The notes: generated from the sequence alone by a model not told the origin. Counted from the first letter of the stretch, positions 7,898 to 18,016 are shown. The stretch: DNA of 64,000 bases from Candidatus Woesearchaeota archaeon (GCA_038850615.1 JAWCLR010000003.1:1506-65505), one strand, 5' to 3'. Program-made: numbers and translations.

Positions 7898-7973
7898 TAA
7901 GGTTTCACCCCTTTTAAGCTTTAATGCTTGGTTTCAGGGCGACATTAGGGTATATATAGTTTTCGCTTGTTGG

Positions 7974-8405
7974 TCAGGAAAGGTCTGTGAACTCGCCGTA
8001 AGGGCTTATCAGCTTCCAGCCGTTGTCCTTCAGCCTGAGCGTAAGGGTCTGGTTTGACAGCAAAAACCTGCCATCAAGAGTTTCAACCTCAACGGCTGCT
8101 GAAACCGTTGACTGGCTTCCTGTGTTTGACTGCTCTGAGGCAAAAACCAGCCTTATGCTCTTAGCGCTCTTGTAAAACCCGTTCAGGTATTTTGCAAAGC
8201 TTTCTTCTGTGTGCGCAGTTGGCTCAACTGCCTTCCAGCCGTCAGACACGAGAGTGTACATCGTCTTGTAGTCCTTGGCGCCCCATGCGGCATAATACTT
8301 CTGCACAATCTCAACAGGGGTGCCTTCAACAAAAGGCGTCGGCTCCCTTGGCGCGCATGCAGCCAAGAGGGCAAGCAAAAGCAAAACTGCAATGATTTTT
8401 TTCAT
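7974..8405 (-). CDS. Putative lipoprotein, NTF2/SnoaL-like fold
   Basis: MKKIIAVLLLLALLAAC (lipobox LAAC), then VEIVQKYYAAWGAKDYKTMYTLV. Confidence 0.55.
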   Translation of the reverse strand: MKKIIAVLLLLALLAACAPREPTPFVEGTPVEIVQKYYAAWGAKDYKTMYTLVSDGWKAVEPTAHTEESFAKYLNGFYKSAKSIRLVFASEQSNTGSQSTVSAAVEVETLDGRFLLSNQTLTLRLKDNGWKLISPYGEFTDLS

Positions 8406-8438
8406 TTTATAAGCAAATAAGGCGATTGGTATTTAATC

Positions 8439-11051
8439 TTATCGCTTAATCATCTTGACAATCTCGCCGAACACGAGCACGCTTGCTGAGACTCCCACTG
8501 CAATAAGCCAGTCCTTAACACCAAGGCTGACAGTGCCGAACAGGTGCTGGAAGAAAGGCACGTAAACAACGGCAAACTGCAGTCCGACTGATAGCATTAT
8601 TGCAAGCCACAACCACCTGTTCTTGAAAAATCCAACAACAAACAATGATTCTGTTTCAGAACGCTGGTTTAAAACATTGAACATCTGGAACAGCATCAGT
8701 GTCGTGAATGCCATTGTCTGCGCCTTTGCCAACTGCAGCTCAGGCTCGTAAAGGTCAAACACAAACAATGTGCCAAGCATCATTATCAAGCCAATAAGCA
8801 AAATCATCGTTCCCCTTGACTTGTTGACTATGTTTTCCTCAATCTTTCTTGGCTGCCGCTTCATCACGCCCGGCTCTGCAGGGTCAATTCCGAGTGCAAG
8901 TGCTGGCGCACCATCAGTAACAAGATTAATCCACAAAATCATCAATGCTGTTACGGGCAAGGGCCAACCAAGAAGTATCCCAGTGAACAACGTAAGCACC
9001 TCACCCATGTTGCTTGAAAGCAAGTACTCAACAAACTTCTTGATATTGTCAAAAATCACCCTTCCCTCCTCAACAGCCCTCACGATTGTTGCAAAATTGT
9101 CATCAGCCAAAACCATTGCGCTCGCTTCCTTAGCCACGTCAGTGCCCGTGATGCCCATCGCAATGCCAAGGTCTGCCTTCTTTAATGCAGGCGCGTCATT
9201 CACGCCATCACCGGTCATTGCAACAACATGACCTTTTTTTTGCAGTGCTTCCACAATGCGAATCTTGTGAGCAGGATTAACCCTTGCATAAACATTGATT
9301 TCCTCAACAAGGGGCTCAAGGTCTGTGATGTGGTCAAGCTCAACGCCAGTGATTGCCTTTCCAGTTATGCCTAGCTCTTTTGCAATTGCCTTTGCGGTTG
9401 TCAAATGGTCTCCTGTTATCATCACCACTTTAATTCCTGCAATCTCGCATTTTTGTATTGCCTCCTTGACTTCAGTTCTTGGAGGATCAATCATTGCCTG
9501 CAATCCGACAAATATCATGTCAGACTCAAGCTTTTCCTTGCTTCCCGGAACGACCTGCTTGTACGCAAACCCAAGAACCCTTAATGCCCTGTTCGCATAC
9601 GCCTCGTTCATTGCGAGCACTTTCTCCGCATCGCTTCTTGAGAACCTGACAATCTTTCCATTAACCAATTGCCTTGTGCAGAGCTTCACTATGACTTCTG
9701 GCGCACCTTTTGTGCAAACAAGCATTTTTGCACCCATCCTGTGCACAGTAGTCATTATTTTTCGTTCGCTCGTGAACTCAATTTCCCGCAGCCGGGGATA
9801 AGTTATGTTCAATTGTTCAACATTAATCCCTGCCTTTCTGGCACTCACAATCAATGCTGCTTCTGTAGGGTCGCCGATGACTTTCCACTCATTGTTTTCT
9901 TGCTCAACCTTTGCATTGTTGTTCAGGGCTCCAATCTTGAGAAGCATGCCGAACTGGTCAGGATTTTTTGCAAACCTCCCGATAGGGCTATAGCCAGAGC
10001 CAGACACAGGTATTGATTCCTGGTTTGCAAAAACATACTTTACTGTCATCTGATTGTGCGTCATTGTGCCTGTCTTGTCAGCACAAATCACAGAACAAGT
10101 ACCCAGCGTTTCAACAGAAGGCAGTTTCCGGACAAGGGCCTTGCACTTTGCCATCCTCTGCACGCCAAGAGCCAACGCAACAGTTACCACTGCAGGCAAG
10201 CCCTCCGGAATTGCGGCAACAGCCAACGCAATTGCCGCAAGGAACATCTCGAAAACAGGCAACCCATAAAACACGCCAGCACCAAAAACAACAAGCGCAA
10301 TAATTATCACGAGGACTCCGAGCATTTTGCTGAGGCTTGCAAGCTTTTTCTGCAAAGGAGTCGGCTCTGCCTTTGTTTCCTTGATCATTTTAGCAATCTT
10401 GCCTATTTCGGTTGCTACCCCTGTGCTCACAACAACAGCCTTGCCTCTTCCGCTCGTGACAATCGTGCCCGAAAAGACCATATTGTGCTGGTCTGCAACA
10501 GAAACATGGTCATGCAACGTTTCTGTGTTCTTCAGCACAGGGGTTGATTCACCAGTGAGTGTAGCTTCCTGCGTGGAAAGGTTGACTGTTTCAATCAGCC
10601 TTGCATCAGCAGGCACCTTGTCGCCTGTCTCGAGCAAAATAATGTCGCCAGGCACGATTTCAGAAGCATCAATCTCAACAACCTTGCCTTCCCTGAGCAC
10701 TTTTGCCTTCAGGCTTACCATTTTTTTCAATGCCTCAATGGCTTCCTCTGCACGATATTCCTGCAAACAACCAAGAATTGCATTCAATATCACTATTGCC
10801 GCAATCACCCAGAAATCAGTCCATTCAGGAATCAATGCGCAAATCAGCATTGCAGCAAGCAAAATCCACACAATCGGGCTCGCAAACTGGTTAAGGAATA
10901 TCTTAATCAACGAAATCTTGTGCGCTTCCTCAATGCTGTTCTTGCCATACTTCTCAAGCCTCGACTTTGCCTCTCCATCAGAAAGCCCTTTTGTGGGAGA
11001 AACACCCAATTCCCTCAAGACAGCAGGCACAGACTGGTCAAACCAAGCCAT
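8439..11051 (-). CDS. P-type cation-transporting ATPase (P2, Ca2+-ATPase-like)
   Basis: ICADKTGTMTHNQM (phosphorylation site), TGES, MTGDGVNDAPALKKADLGIAMG, and 10 predicted transmembrane segments. Confidence 0.9.
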   Translation of the reverse strand: MAWFDQSVPAVLRELGVSPTKGLSDGEAKSRLEKYGKNSIEEAHKISLIKIFLNQFASPIVWILLAAMLICALIPEWTDFWVIAAIVILNAILGCLQEYRAEEAIEALKKMVSLKAKVLREGKVVEIDASEIVPGDIILLETGDKVPADARLIETVNLSTQEATLTGESTPVLKNTETLHDHVSVADQHNMVFSGTIVTSGRGKAVVVSTGVATEIGKIAKMIKETKAEPTPLQKKLASLSKMLGVLVIIIALVVFGAGVFYGLPVFEMFLAAIALAVAAIPEGLPAVVTVALALGVQRMAKCKALVRKLPSVETLGTCSVICADKTGTMTHNQMTVKYVFANQESIPVSGSGYSPIGRFAKNPDQFGMLLKIGALNNNAKVEQENNEWKVIGDPTEAALIVSARKAGINVEQLNITYPRLREIEFTSERKIMTTVHRMGAKMLVCTKGAPEVIVKLCTRQLVNGKIVRFSRSDAEKVLAMNEAYANRALRVLGFAYKQVVPGSKEKLESDMIFVGLQAMIDPPRTEVKEAIQKCEIAGIKVVMITGDHLTTAKAIAKELGITGKAITGVELDHITDLEPLVEEINVYARVNPAHKIRIVEALQKKGHVVAMTGDGVNDAPALKKADLGIAMGITGTDVAKEASAMVLADDNFATIVRAVEEGRVIFDNIKKFVEYLLSSNMGEVLTLFTGILLGWPLPVTALMILWINLVTDGAPALALGIDPAEPGVMKRQPRKIEENIVNKSRGTMILLIGLIMMLGTLFVFDLYEPELQLAKAQTMAFTTLMLFQMFNVLNQRSETESLFVVGFFKNRWLWLAIMLSVGLQFAVVYVPFFQHLFGTVSLGVKDWLIAVGVSASVLVFGEIVKMIKR

Positions 11052-11139
11052 GACGTGCTTACGTTGCTTAATTCTATATAAATATTACCTGAACGGCGCG
11101 GTTATCAGTAATGTTTATATAATGCCCTTTTATTAAGAT

Positions 11140-12018
11140 ATGCGAAAAAAGATGGTAACTGCATCTGACATTGCACGGACAGACTTCATTATTGCTGACA
11201 TTAATGACACAGTTTCCTCGCTGATTGGGCAGATGGAAAGGCACAAGGAATGCTACGCAGTGGTTTTTGAGGACAGTAATTACAAGGGGATTGTTGCAAA
11301 AAAATGGCTTTTGTCATCAAGGATTGACCCTGCAGAAATGAAACTGAAAAACCTATTCAAGCATCGCTCAAAAAGCAAAACACCTTTCTTTGTCCCAAAA
11401 CTTTCGCCAGACACTGAACTGAGAGAAATTGCGCGATTGATGGCAACGGCAGACGTGCACGCACTGCCAGTCATAATCACAGAGCATAAAAAAGAACACG
11501 TAATTGGGATGGTGCACTCGCTGGATTTGATAGCAAACCTGAGAAATTTCTATTCAAGGGTAAGGGCAGACGAACTTGCAAGCATGAAACTTGTCACGAT
11601 ACACCAAAATGAAAAAGTCAGCAAGGCAATGAACCTGATGAGCAAACAAGGAATCAGTAAAATCGTCGTGGTTGACAGCCAAAACAAGCTAATAGGCATA
11701 CTCGGTTTAACAGACATACTCATTGATGTCCACGCGTTCCCACGAACAAGAATGCGCATACCAAAGGCAGCAAGCCACCAAATGGGAAAACACACTGGCT
11801 TTGGAGTGGGAGAAAAAACAAACCTGCTCGAACTGCCAGTGCATAATGTCATAACTCACGTGCCAAACTGCATAACAGCAACACCAGAAGAATCAATGGC
11901 AAGCATCATTGACATTATGGTAAACAACAACGTAAGCTCAGTGGTGCTTGTCAAGAAGGAAATACCAGTAGGAATAATAACAATAAAGGACATTCTTGAA
12001 GATTTCTCAAAAGAATAA
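11140..12018 (+). CDS. CBS-domain protein (four CBS repeats)
   Basis: Repeated pattern: ..HALPVI.., ..ISKIVVVDSQNKLIGILGLTDIL.., ..VSSVVLVKKEIPVGIITIKDIL.. Confidence 0.75.
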   Translation: MRKKMVTASDIARTDFIIADINDTVSSLIGQMERHKECYAVVFEDSNYKGIVAKKWLLSSRIDPAEMKLKNLFKHRSKSKTPFFVPKLSPDTELREIARLMATADVHALPVIITEHKKEHVIGMVHSLDLIANLRNFYSRVRADELASMKLVTIHQNEKVSKAMNLMSKQGISKIVVVDSQNKLIGILGLTDILIDVHAFPRTRMRIPKAASHQMGKHTGFGVGEKTNLLELPVHNVITHVPNCITATPEESMASIIDIMVNNNVSSVVLVKKEIPVGIITIKDILEDFSKE

Positions 12019-12188
12019 TCACATACCTGCAAGAAAACAGAAATCTCACCACGTGTTAATTCCAATCAACAAATACAAACCAAGCTTTCAAACTTACTTA
12101 AACATATCTTCTTATTAAAAAAAGAAATATTTAAATATAAAGTATTAAACAAGTATACAAAAATCACCACTAGTGGCGCAGAGGCAGG

Positions 12189-12449
12189 ATGTTTCCACCA
12201 ACACAGAGAAACCCCAAGCGAACTTTCAAAGAACTAAGGCACGACATCCTATCTGACCTTCTAAAAGGACGCAAGACAGTCAACCAGCTCGCAAAAGACA
12301 CAGGAATAAACTGGAAAACCGTAGACAACCACTTAATCTGGCTCAAAGGCAGAGGATTTGTCCGAGAAGTATTTGCAAGCTCTTACGTCAAGATTTACGA
12401 ACTAAGCGAGGAAGGAAGAAAATTCCTCGGCGTGGAGGCAGAACAATGA
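12189..12449 (+). CDS. Winged helix-turn-helix DNA-binding protein
   Basis: 86 aa, ...RKTVNQLAKDTGINWKTVDNHLIWLKGRGFV.... Its stop overlaps the start of the next gene (ATGA). Confidence 0.6.
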   Translation: MFPPTQRNPKRTFKELRHDILSDLLKGRKTVNQLAKDTGINWKTVDNHLIWLKGRGFVREVFASSYVKIYELSEEGRKFLGVEAEQ

Positions 12450-13663
12450 AAAAGCCCCTGCGCGTGCTCATGTTCGGATGGGAATTCCCACCCTTCAAGA
12501 CCGGAGGGCTTGGAACTGCCTGCTACGGGCTCACAAAAGGGCTGGCAAGAAACGGCGTGCAAGTCACGTTCGTCATGCCTATCGCTCCCGAAGGCGCAAA
12601 AGCAGAATTCGTAAAGCTCGTTGGGGCAAACAATTTCGCGAAAAACATCAAGACAATCCCCGTACACTCAATGCTTGCACCATACCAAACAGCAGAACAA
12701 TACGAAGAAGACTATGCGCCATTAAGCACCAAAGGGTTCTATGGAAAAAACATTTATGCAGAAGCAAGAAGGTTTGCAAGAATAGGCAGGGCAATTGCGA
12801 AAAAAGAACACCACGACGTCATCCACGCACACGACTGGATGACATACGAGGCAGGAATCGAGGCAAGGAAAGCATCCGGAAAGCCGCTGGTCATCCACAT
12901 CCACGCAACAGAATTTGACCGCACAGCAGACAACCCAAACCACTACATAGCGCACAAGGAATACGAAGGGCTCAAGGCAGCAGACATCATCATTGCAAAC
13001 AGCAACTTCACAAAAAACAATGTGATAAGACACTACAAGATCCCGGAGCACAAAATCAAGGTTGTGCACTGGGGAATTGAGGAAGACAACCCTGATTATC
13101 ACACCAACTACAAGTCGCCGCTGAACAAAAAAAGCAAGGTCGTTCTTTTCCTCGGCAGGGTAACAATACAAAAAGGACCTGACTATTTCATAGAGGTTGC
13201 GAAAAAAGTCAGCGAGTTCGAGCCAGACGCCCTGTTCGTGATTGCTGGCGACGGAGACATGATGCCAAGAATAATCAACAGGGCTCACGAGCTCGGCATT
13301 GCTGACAAAACAATATTCACCGGCTTCCTGCAGGGCCCTGAGGTGCACAAGGCATTCCAGATGGCAGATGTGTACGTGATGCCGAGCGTTTCAGAACCAT
13401 TCGGGCTTGTTGCCTTGGAGAGCCTGAAGAACAAGACACCAATAATCGTTAGCAAGCAAAGCGGAGTTTCAGAAGTGCTCAATCACTGCCTGAAGACAGA
13501 CTTCTGGGACATAAACAAAATGACAGACATGATAGTAAGCGTGCTCAGGCACAAGGAGCTTCAGGAGGAACTGAGGGAGAATGGGCACGCGGAATCAAAA
13601 AAATTCAACCTTGACGAACCAGCAAAAAAAGTCAAGGCAATATACGAAGAGGTGACAAGATGA
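12446..13663 (+). CDS. glgA: Glycogen synthase-like glycosyltransferase (GT-B)
   Basis: LRVLMFGWEFPPFKTGGLGTACYGLTKGLARNGVQVTFVMP and the C-terminal ...MPSVSEPFGLVALES motif. Confidence 0.75.
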   Translation: MKKPLRVLMFGWEFPPFKTGGLGTACYGLTKGLARNGVQVTFVMPIAPEGAKAEFVKLVGANNFAKNIKTIPVHSMLAPYQTAEQYEEDYAPLSTKGFYGKNIYAEARRFARIGRAIAKKEHHDVIHAHDWMTYEAGIEARKASGKPLVIHIHATEFDRTADNPNHYIAHKEYEGLKAADIIIANSNFTKNNVIRHYKIPEHKIKVVHWGIEEDNPDYHTNYKSPLNKKSKVVLFLGRVTIQKGPDYFIEVAKKVSEFEPDALFVIAGDGDMMPRIINRAHELGIADKTIFTGFLQGPEVHKAFQMADVYVMPSVSEPFGLVALESLKNKTPIIVSKQSGVSEVLNHCLKTDFWDINKMTDMIVSVLRHKELQEELRENGHAESKKFNLDEPAKKVKAIYEEVTR

Positions 13664-14874
13664 CAAACATTTGCTTGTATTTCCAAGTGCACCAGCCATT
13701 CCGGATGAGAAAATACAACGTGTTTGACATAGGCCACAACACGAACTATTTTGACGAAAACAAAAACAAGGAAGTAATGCAGAAGGTCGCGAAAAAATGC
13801 TACATTCCAGCAAACAGGATAATAAGGAACTTGATTGCAAGGCATGACGACTTCAAAGTCGCGTTCAGTATTACAGGAACAGCAATGGAACAGTTCGCAA
13901 AATACGCGCCAGCGGTCATTGACAGCTTTGAAGAACTCGCGGCAACAGGCGCTGTGGAGTTCCTCAACGAGACATATTACCACTCCCTTGCATTCCTGCA
14001 CGACAAAAACGAGTTTGCTGATCAAGTGAGGATGCACCAGCGCATGATAAAAGAAATGTTCAAGCAAAAGCCGGTTGTCTTCAGGAACACAGAGCTTATT
14101 TACAATAATTACCTCGCAAAAACAGCAGAAGAAATGGGCTACAAGGCAATACTTGCGGAAGGCGCAGATCACATCCTTGGCTGGAAATCGCCAAACTACG
14201 TCTACAAGCCAAAAACAACAAAACGAATGCGGCTTTTGCTCAAGAACTACAAGCTCTCTGACGATGTCGCGTTCAGGTTCGGAGATAAAAGCTGGCAGGG
14301 ACACCCATTGACCGCATCAAAGTATGCTGACTGGATTGCACCAATCCTCGGCGACACAATCAACCTGTTTATGGACTATGAAACATTTGGCGAACACCAG
14401 TGGGAGGACACGGGCATATTCAAGTTCTTAGAACACTTGCCGGCAGAATTAAAGAAAAGAAACATTTCATTCCACTGGCCCTCTGAACTCATAAAAGTTG
14501 AGCCAAAGGACGAGCTTGACATCCACGCGCCAATAAGCTGGGCAGACATTGAAAGAGACACTTCTGCATGGCTTGGCAATAGAATGCAAAACTCAGCAGC
14601 ACAAAGACTCTACTCGCTCAGAAAAGAAGTGGTTGCGAGCAGGGACGAGGCGCTCATTGATGCTTGGAGAAAGCTCAGCACAAGCGACCACTTTTACTAC
14701 ATGTGCACAAAATGGTTCAATGACGGAGACGTGCACAAGTACTTCAACCCATACGACAGCCCTTATGAAGCATTCATTGCATACATGAACATACTTAACG
14801 ATATAATCCTCAGGGTAAAGTCAGAAGAGCGAAGCTCGGTAGGCTTTGCCCTCAGGAGGCTCATGCAAATCTAA
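13660..14874 (+). CDS. Glycoside hydrolase family 57 enzyme (alpha-amylase / branching-enzyme type)
   Basis: ICLYFQVHQPFRMRKY..., ...DYETFGEHQWE... Confidence 0.8.
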   Translation: MTNICLYFQVHQPFRMRKYNVFDIGHNTNYFDENKNKEVMQKVAKKCYIPANRIIRNLIARHDDFKVAFSITGTAMEQFAKYAPAVIDSFEELAATGAVEFLNETYYHSLAFLHDKNEFADQVRMHQRMIKEMFKQKPVVFRNTELIYNNYLAKTAEEMGYKAILAEGADHILGWKSPNYVYKPKTTKRMRLLLKNYKLSDDVAFRFGDKSWQGHPLTASKYADWIAPILGDTINLFMDYETFGEHQWEDTGIFKFLEHLPAELKKRNISFHWPSELIKVEPKDELDIHAPISWADIERDTSAWLGNRMQNSAAQRLYSLRKEVVASRDEALIDAWRKLSTSDHFYYMCTKWFNDGDVHKYFNPYDSPYEAFIAYMNILNDIILRVKSEERSSVGFALRRLMQI

Positions 14875-14892
14875 AAAAGGAGGGAACAAACA

Positions 14893-15174
14893 ATGAAAAA
14901 ACAAACAAACAAGAAAAACACGAGCGCTCTGGCGCCGGAAAAGTGCTTTTACGTAAGCGACGGAAGCGTCTATGCAACACTTGCACAACTCGCAAAAGGA
15001 TTGCGGAAGATGCATCCTGACACGTATGCATACCACGCAAACGAGCAGAAGAACGACTTCCACAACTGGGTAAGGGACGTCTTTGGTGAACAAAAACTTG
15101 CACAAAAACTCCTAACAGCAAAAAACCAGTTTGACAGTGCAAAGGCAGTGGAAGCATTCCTGAAAAAGAAATAA
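14893..15174 (+). CDS. Small protein with KNDFxxW domain (paralogue A)
   Basis: ...FYVSDGSVYATLAQLAKGLRKMHPDTYAYHANEQKNDFHNWVRDVFGEQKLAQKL... Confidence 0.7.
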   Translation: MKKQTNKKNTSALAPEKCFYVSDGSVYATLAQLAKGLRKMHPDTYAYHANEQKNDFHNWVRDVFGEQKLAQKLLTAKNQFDSAKAVEAFLKKK

Positions 15175-15237
15175 AGCGGTTTAGGACGTAATATTTAAAA
15201 ACAAGATATTACTCTGAAACCTGACAGAGGTGGGTTT

Positions 15238-15702
15238 ATGGTAAAAAAGAGGAAGCTTAAAACCAGAAAGGTGCATGCTGCGAGAAAGCCAGCAAAAGTC
15301 GTCAAGGCAGAGCCAACAACAAGGCTTGAGGTGTTTTACAGGAAGAAAGAATTCGGAAAAGCGCCTGTAGAAAAACACTTCGTGCTACAAGACGGCAGGA
15401 AAATAGAAAGTCTCTTCCAACTGATTGACGAACTTGAAACAATGGCAGAAGAAACATTCAAAAGCCACGTCAACGAGTGGAAGAACGACTTTGCAAACTG
15501 GATAAGAGACGTGTTTGAAGCACCAAGCCTTGCAGAGGAAATCCAGAAAATCAGGGACAGAATTGAAACCCAACGCGCAATAATGAAACACCTCTTAAGA
15601 GAGGTTGCGCAGCTCGCAAGCAAAGAGCACCGCGAAGAAGTCAAAAAGGAAATTGAAAAGGAAAAGAAAACCACAAAGGCAGTAAAGTGCGTAATACGCT
15701 GA
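15238..15702 (+). CDS. Small protein with KNDFxxW domain (paralogue B), basic N-terminus and charged C-terminus
   Basis: ...FVLQDGRKIESLFQLIDELETMAEETFKSHVNEWKNDFANWIRDVFEAPSLAEEI... Confidence 0.7.
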   Translation: MVKKRKLKTRKVHAARKPAKVVKAEPTTRLEVFYRKKEFGKAPVEKHFVLQDGRKIESLFQLIDELETMAEETFKSHVNEWKNDFANWIRDVFEAPSLAEEIQKIRDRIETQRAIMKHLLREVAQLASKEHREEVKKEIEKEKKTTKAVKCVIR

Positions 15703-15703
15703 A

Positions 15704-16078
15704 ATGAGCTTTTTGAAAGATGTTCATCCAGACCACGTGTTCCATTTAAAGAGCGGAAGCACCATAAAAAACCTGTACGAACTGGCAAACGAGCTCGCAA
15801 CAATGGACGAGGAGGTCTTCAGGCACCACGTCAATGACGAAAAGAATGACTTCCACAACTGGATACTCCACATCATCCGCGACGACCACCTCGCAAACGT
15901 CTTTTCGGAAATCAAGGACAGACGCCTGATGCTCGCAGCAGTCGAGAAAAGAATCCAAGAACTTGAAAACCCTCCAAAGCCCTTGCACAAGCTGCCATTC
16001 CACATAACAGCAAAAGAATACCTCTTAGGCATAGTCATTGGCGCAGTGGCAATGCTGATGATAACAAGATTATTGTAA
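15704..16078 (+). CDS. Small protein with KNDFxxW domain (paralogue C) and a C-terminal transmembrane helix
   Basis: ...FHLKSGSTIKNLYELANELATMDEEVFRHHVNDEKNDFHNWILHIIRDDHLANVF... followed by LLGIVIGAVAMLMITRLL. Confidence 0.7.
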   Translation: MSFLKDVHPDHVFHLKSGSTIKNLYELANELATMDEEVFRHHVNDEKNDFHNWILHIIRDDHLANVFSEIKDRRLMLAAVEKRIQELENPPKPLHKLPFHITAKEYLLGIVIGAVAMLMITRLL

Positions 16079-16128
16079 GAAATATTTATATACGCTAACG
16101 GCTCGTTCTTTCACAAAAAGAGGCAAAA

Positions 16129-17094
16129 ATGTACGACGTAATCACACTTGGCTCTGGAACAATAGACGTGTTCGTAAAAACAAAAAAACCAGAAATAATC
16201 AGGCACAAAGGGCACGAGGACGTTTGTTATGCAATAGGAGAAAAAATCCTTGTCGAAGACATCCATGTTGACACTGGCGGAGGAGGAACAAACACTGCAG
16301 TCGCTTTTTCCAGACTCGGGCTAAAAACAGCATGGATTGGCGAAGTCGGCACAGACCTGCACGCAAAAACACTCCTTGACGAAATGAAGCGAGAAAAAGT
16401 AGACTTCCTCGGCGGAAAAGCCAGAGGAATGACCGGTTACAGCGTAATACTGACAGGGCTTGAGCACGACAGAAGCATACTCGCATTCAAGGGAGTTAAT
16501 GACAAGCTCGCACCGTATGAGGTCCCATGGAAAAAACTCAGGACAAAATGGTTTTATTTCAGCGCAATGATGAACCAAAGCTTTGAAACACTTAAAAAAA
16601 TGGCAATGTTTGCAAAGAAAAAAGGAATCAGCTACGCATTCAACCCAAGCATGTACATCGCAAAGATGGGCACAAAAGCGCTCAAGCCAATAATTGACGG
16701 CTGCGACCTGCTCGTAATGAACAAGGAGGAAGCGCAAGCACTTACAGGAATGCATACAGCAGGCTGCAAGGAATTGCTTTCTGAACTGCAAAAACACGCA
16801 AAAATCGCAGTAATAACAGACGGACCAAGAATTGTGCACGCATACAACGGATTTGAGCACTATCAATTGATACCCCCGCACATCAAGGTTGTGGAAACAA
16901 CAGGCGCAGGAGACGCTTTTGCAGCAGGAATGCTGGCAGGAATAATCATCAAGAAAAACCTGAAAGAAGCAATGCAGTGGGGAATGGCAGAAGCAGCAGC
17001 AGTCATCCAACAAGTTGGCGCAAAACAAAACCTCCTCACAAGAAGGCAAATTGAGAAGGCGCCAAAGGCAAAAGTAATCGTGACGAGGCTATAA
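16129..17094 (+). CDS. PfkB-family carbohydrate kinase
   Basis: DTGGGGTNTAVAFSRLG near the N-terminus and TTGAGDAFAAGMLAG near the C-terminus. Confidence 0.8.
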   Translation: MYDVITLGSGTIDVFVKTKKPEIIRHKGHEDVCYAIGEKILVEDIHVDTGGGGTNTAVAFSRLGLKTAWIGEVGTDLHAKTLLDEMKREKVDFLGGKARGMTGYSVILTGLEHDRSILAFKGVNDKLAPYEVPWKKLRTKWFYFSAMMNQSFETLKKMAMFAKKKGISYAFNPSMYIAKMGTKALKPIIDGCDLLVMNKEEAQALTGMHTAGCKELLSELQKHAKIAVITDGPRIVHAYNGFEHYQLIPPHIKVVETTGAGDAFAAGMLAGIIIKKNLKEAMQWGMAEAAAVIQQVGAKQNLLTRRQIEKAPKAKVIVTRL

Positions 17095-17098
17095 AAAA

Positions 17099-18016
17099 AT
17101 GCTTGCAACGCTCAAACAAGTTCTATCAAAAGCGCAAAAAGAAAAATACGCTGTCGGAGCATTCAACATAAACAACCTTGAAATAATGCAGGCAATAGTC
17201 AATGCGGCTGCAAAACTAAAATCCCCAGTGATTCTGCAAACAAGCGAGGGCGCAATAGCGTACGCAGGAATCAAATACCTTAAATGCCTTGTTGCGCAGG
17301 CAGCACAAGACAACAAAATACCAATGGTCCTGCACCTTGACCATGGCAGAAACACTGAAATCATCAAAGAGGCAATAAAAACAGGATACACAAGCATAAT
17401 GTACGACGGCTCACACCTACCATTTGAGGAAAACATCTCAAACACAAAAAAAGTCGTTTCAATGGCTCACGCAAAAGGGATTTCTGTAGAAGGAGAACTC
17501 GGCACGATAGGCGGAGCAGAAGAAAAAATAATTGCCAGAAAAATCATTTACACAGACCCAAACGCGGCAAAAGAATTTGTTGACAGAACAGGGGTTGATG
17601 CGCTGGCTGTCGCAATCGGAACATCACACGGCGCTTACAAGTTCGCAGGAGCAGCAAAGCTCGACATAAAAAGGCTAGGAGAAATCAGGCAAAAAGTGAA
17701 AGTTCCCCTTGTACTGCACGGCGCAAGCGGAGTTCCGGACTGGGTTGTCAGGACAGCAGAGCATTACGGCGCAAAGCTCGGAAAGCCAGAAGGGGTGCCG
17801 GACGAACAAATCAAGGAGGCAATAAAGAATGGCATTTGCAAGGTAAACACAGACACTGACTTAAGGCTAGCATTTGACGCAGGAATCAGGGAATTCCTGT
17901 CAAAAATGCCTGAAGACTTTGACCCAAGGCACATTCTTGGAAGAGCCCGCGAACTAATGCAGGAAGTTGTTGAGCACCGCATAAAACTCTTTGGAAGCGC
18001 AGGAAAATCACGATGA
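17099..18016 (+). CDS. fba: Class II fructose/tagatose-bisphosphate aldolase
   Basis: YAVGAFNINNLEIMQAIVNAA...PVILQTSEGA...LHLDHG...GTSHGAYKF...LVLHGASG. Confidence 0.85.
   Translation: MLATLKQVLSKAQKEKYAVGAFNINNLEIMQAIVNAAAKLKSPVILQTSEGAIAYAGIKYLKCLVAQAAQDNKIPMVLHLDHGRNTEIIKEAIKTGYTSIMYDGSHLPFEENISNTKKVVSMAHAKGISVEGELGTIGGAEEKIIARKIIYTDPNAAKEFVDRTGVDALAVAIGTSHGAYKFAGAAKLDIKRLGEIRQKVKVPLVLHGASGVPDWVVRTAEHYGAKLGKPEGVPDEQIKEAIKNGICKVNTDTDLRLAFDAGIREFLSKMPEDFDPRHILGRARELMQEVVEHRIKLFGSAGKSR

Noticed and set aside
10327-11136. A 269-aa plus-strand ORF, plus several others between 8770 and 10547.
   Set aside because: They are antisense to the P-type ATPase gene, which has unambiguous signature motifs.
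12722-14304. Minus-strand ORFs of 208 and 247 aa.
   Set aside because: They are antisense to the glycogen synthase and GH57 genes, are Cys/Val/Phe-rich and carry no motifs.
16321-17049. A 242-aa minus-strand Cys-rich ORF.
   Set aside because: It is antisense to the PfkB kinase gene, which carries the GAGDAF motif.
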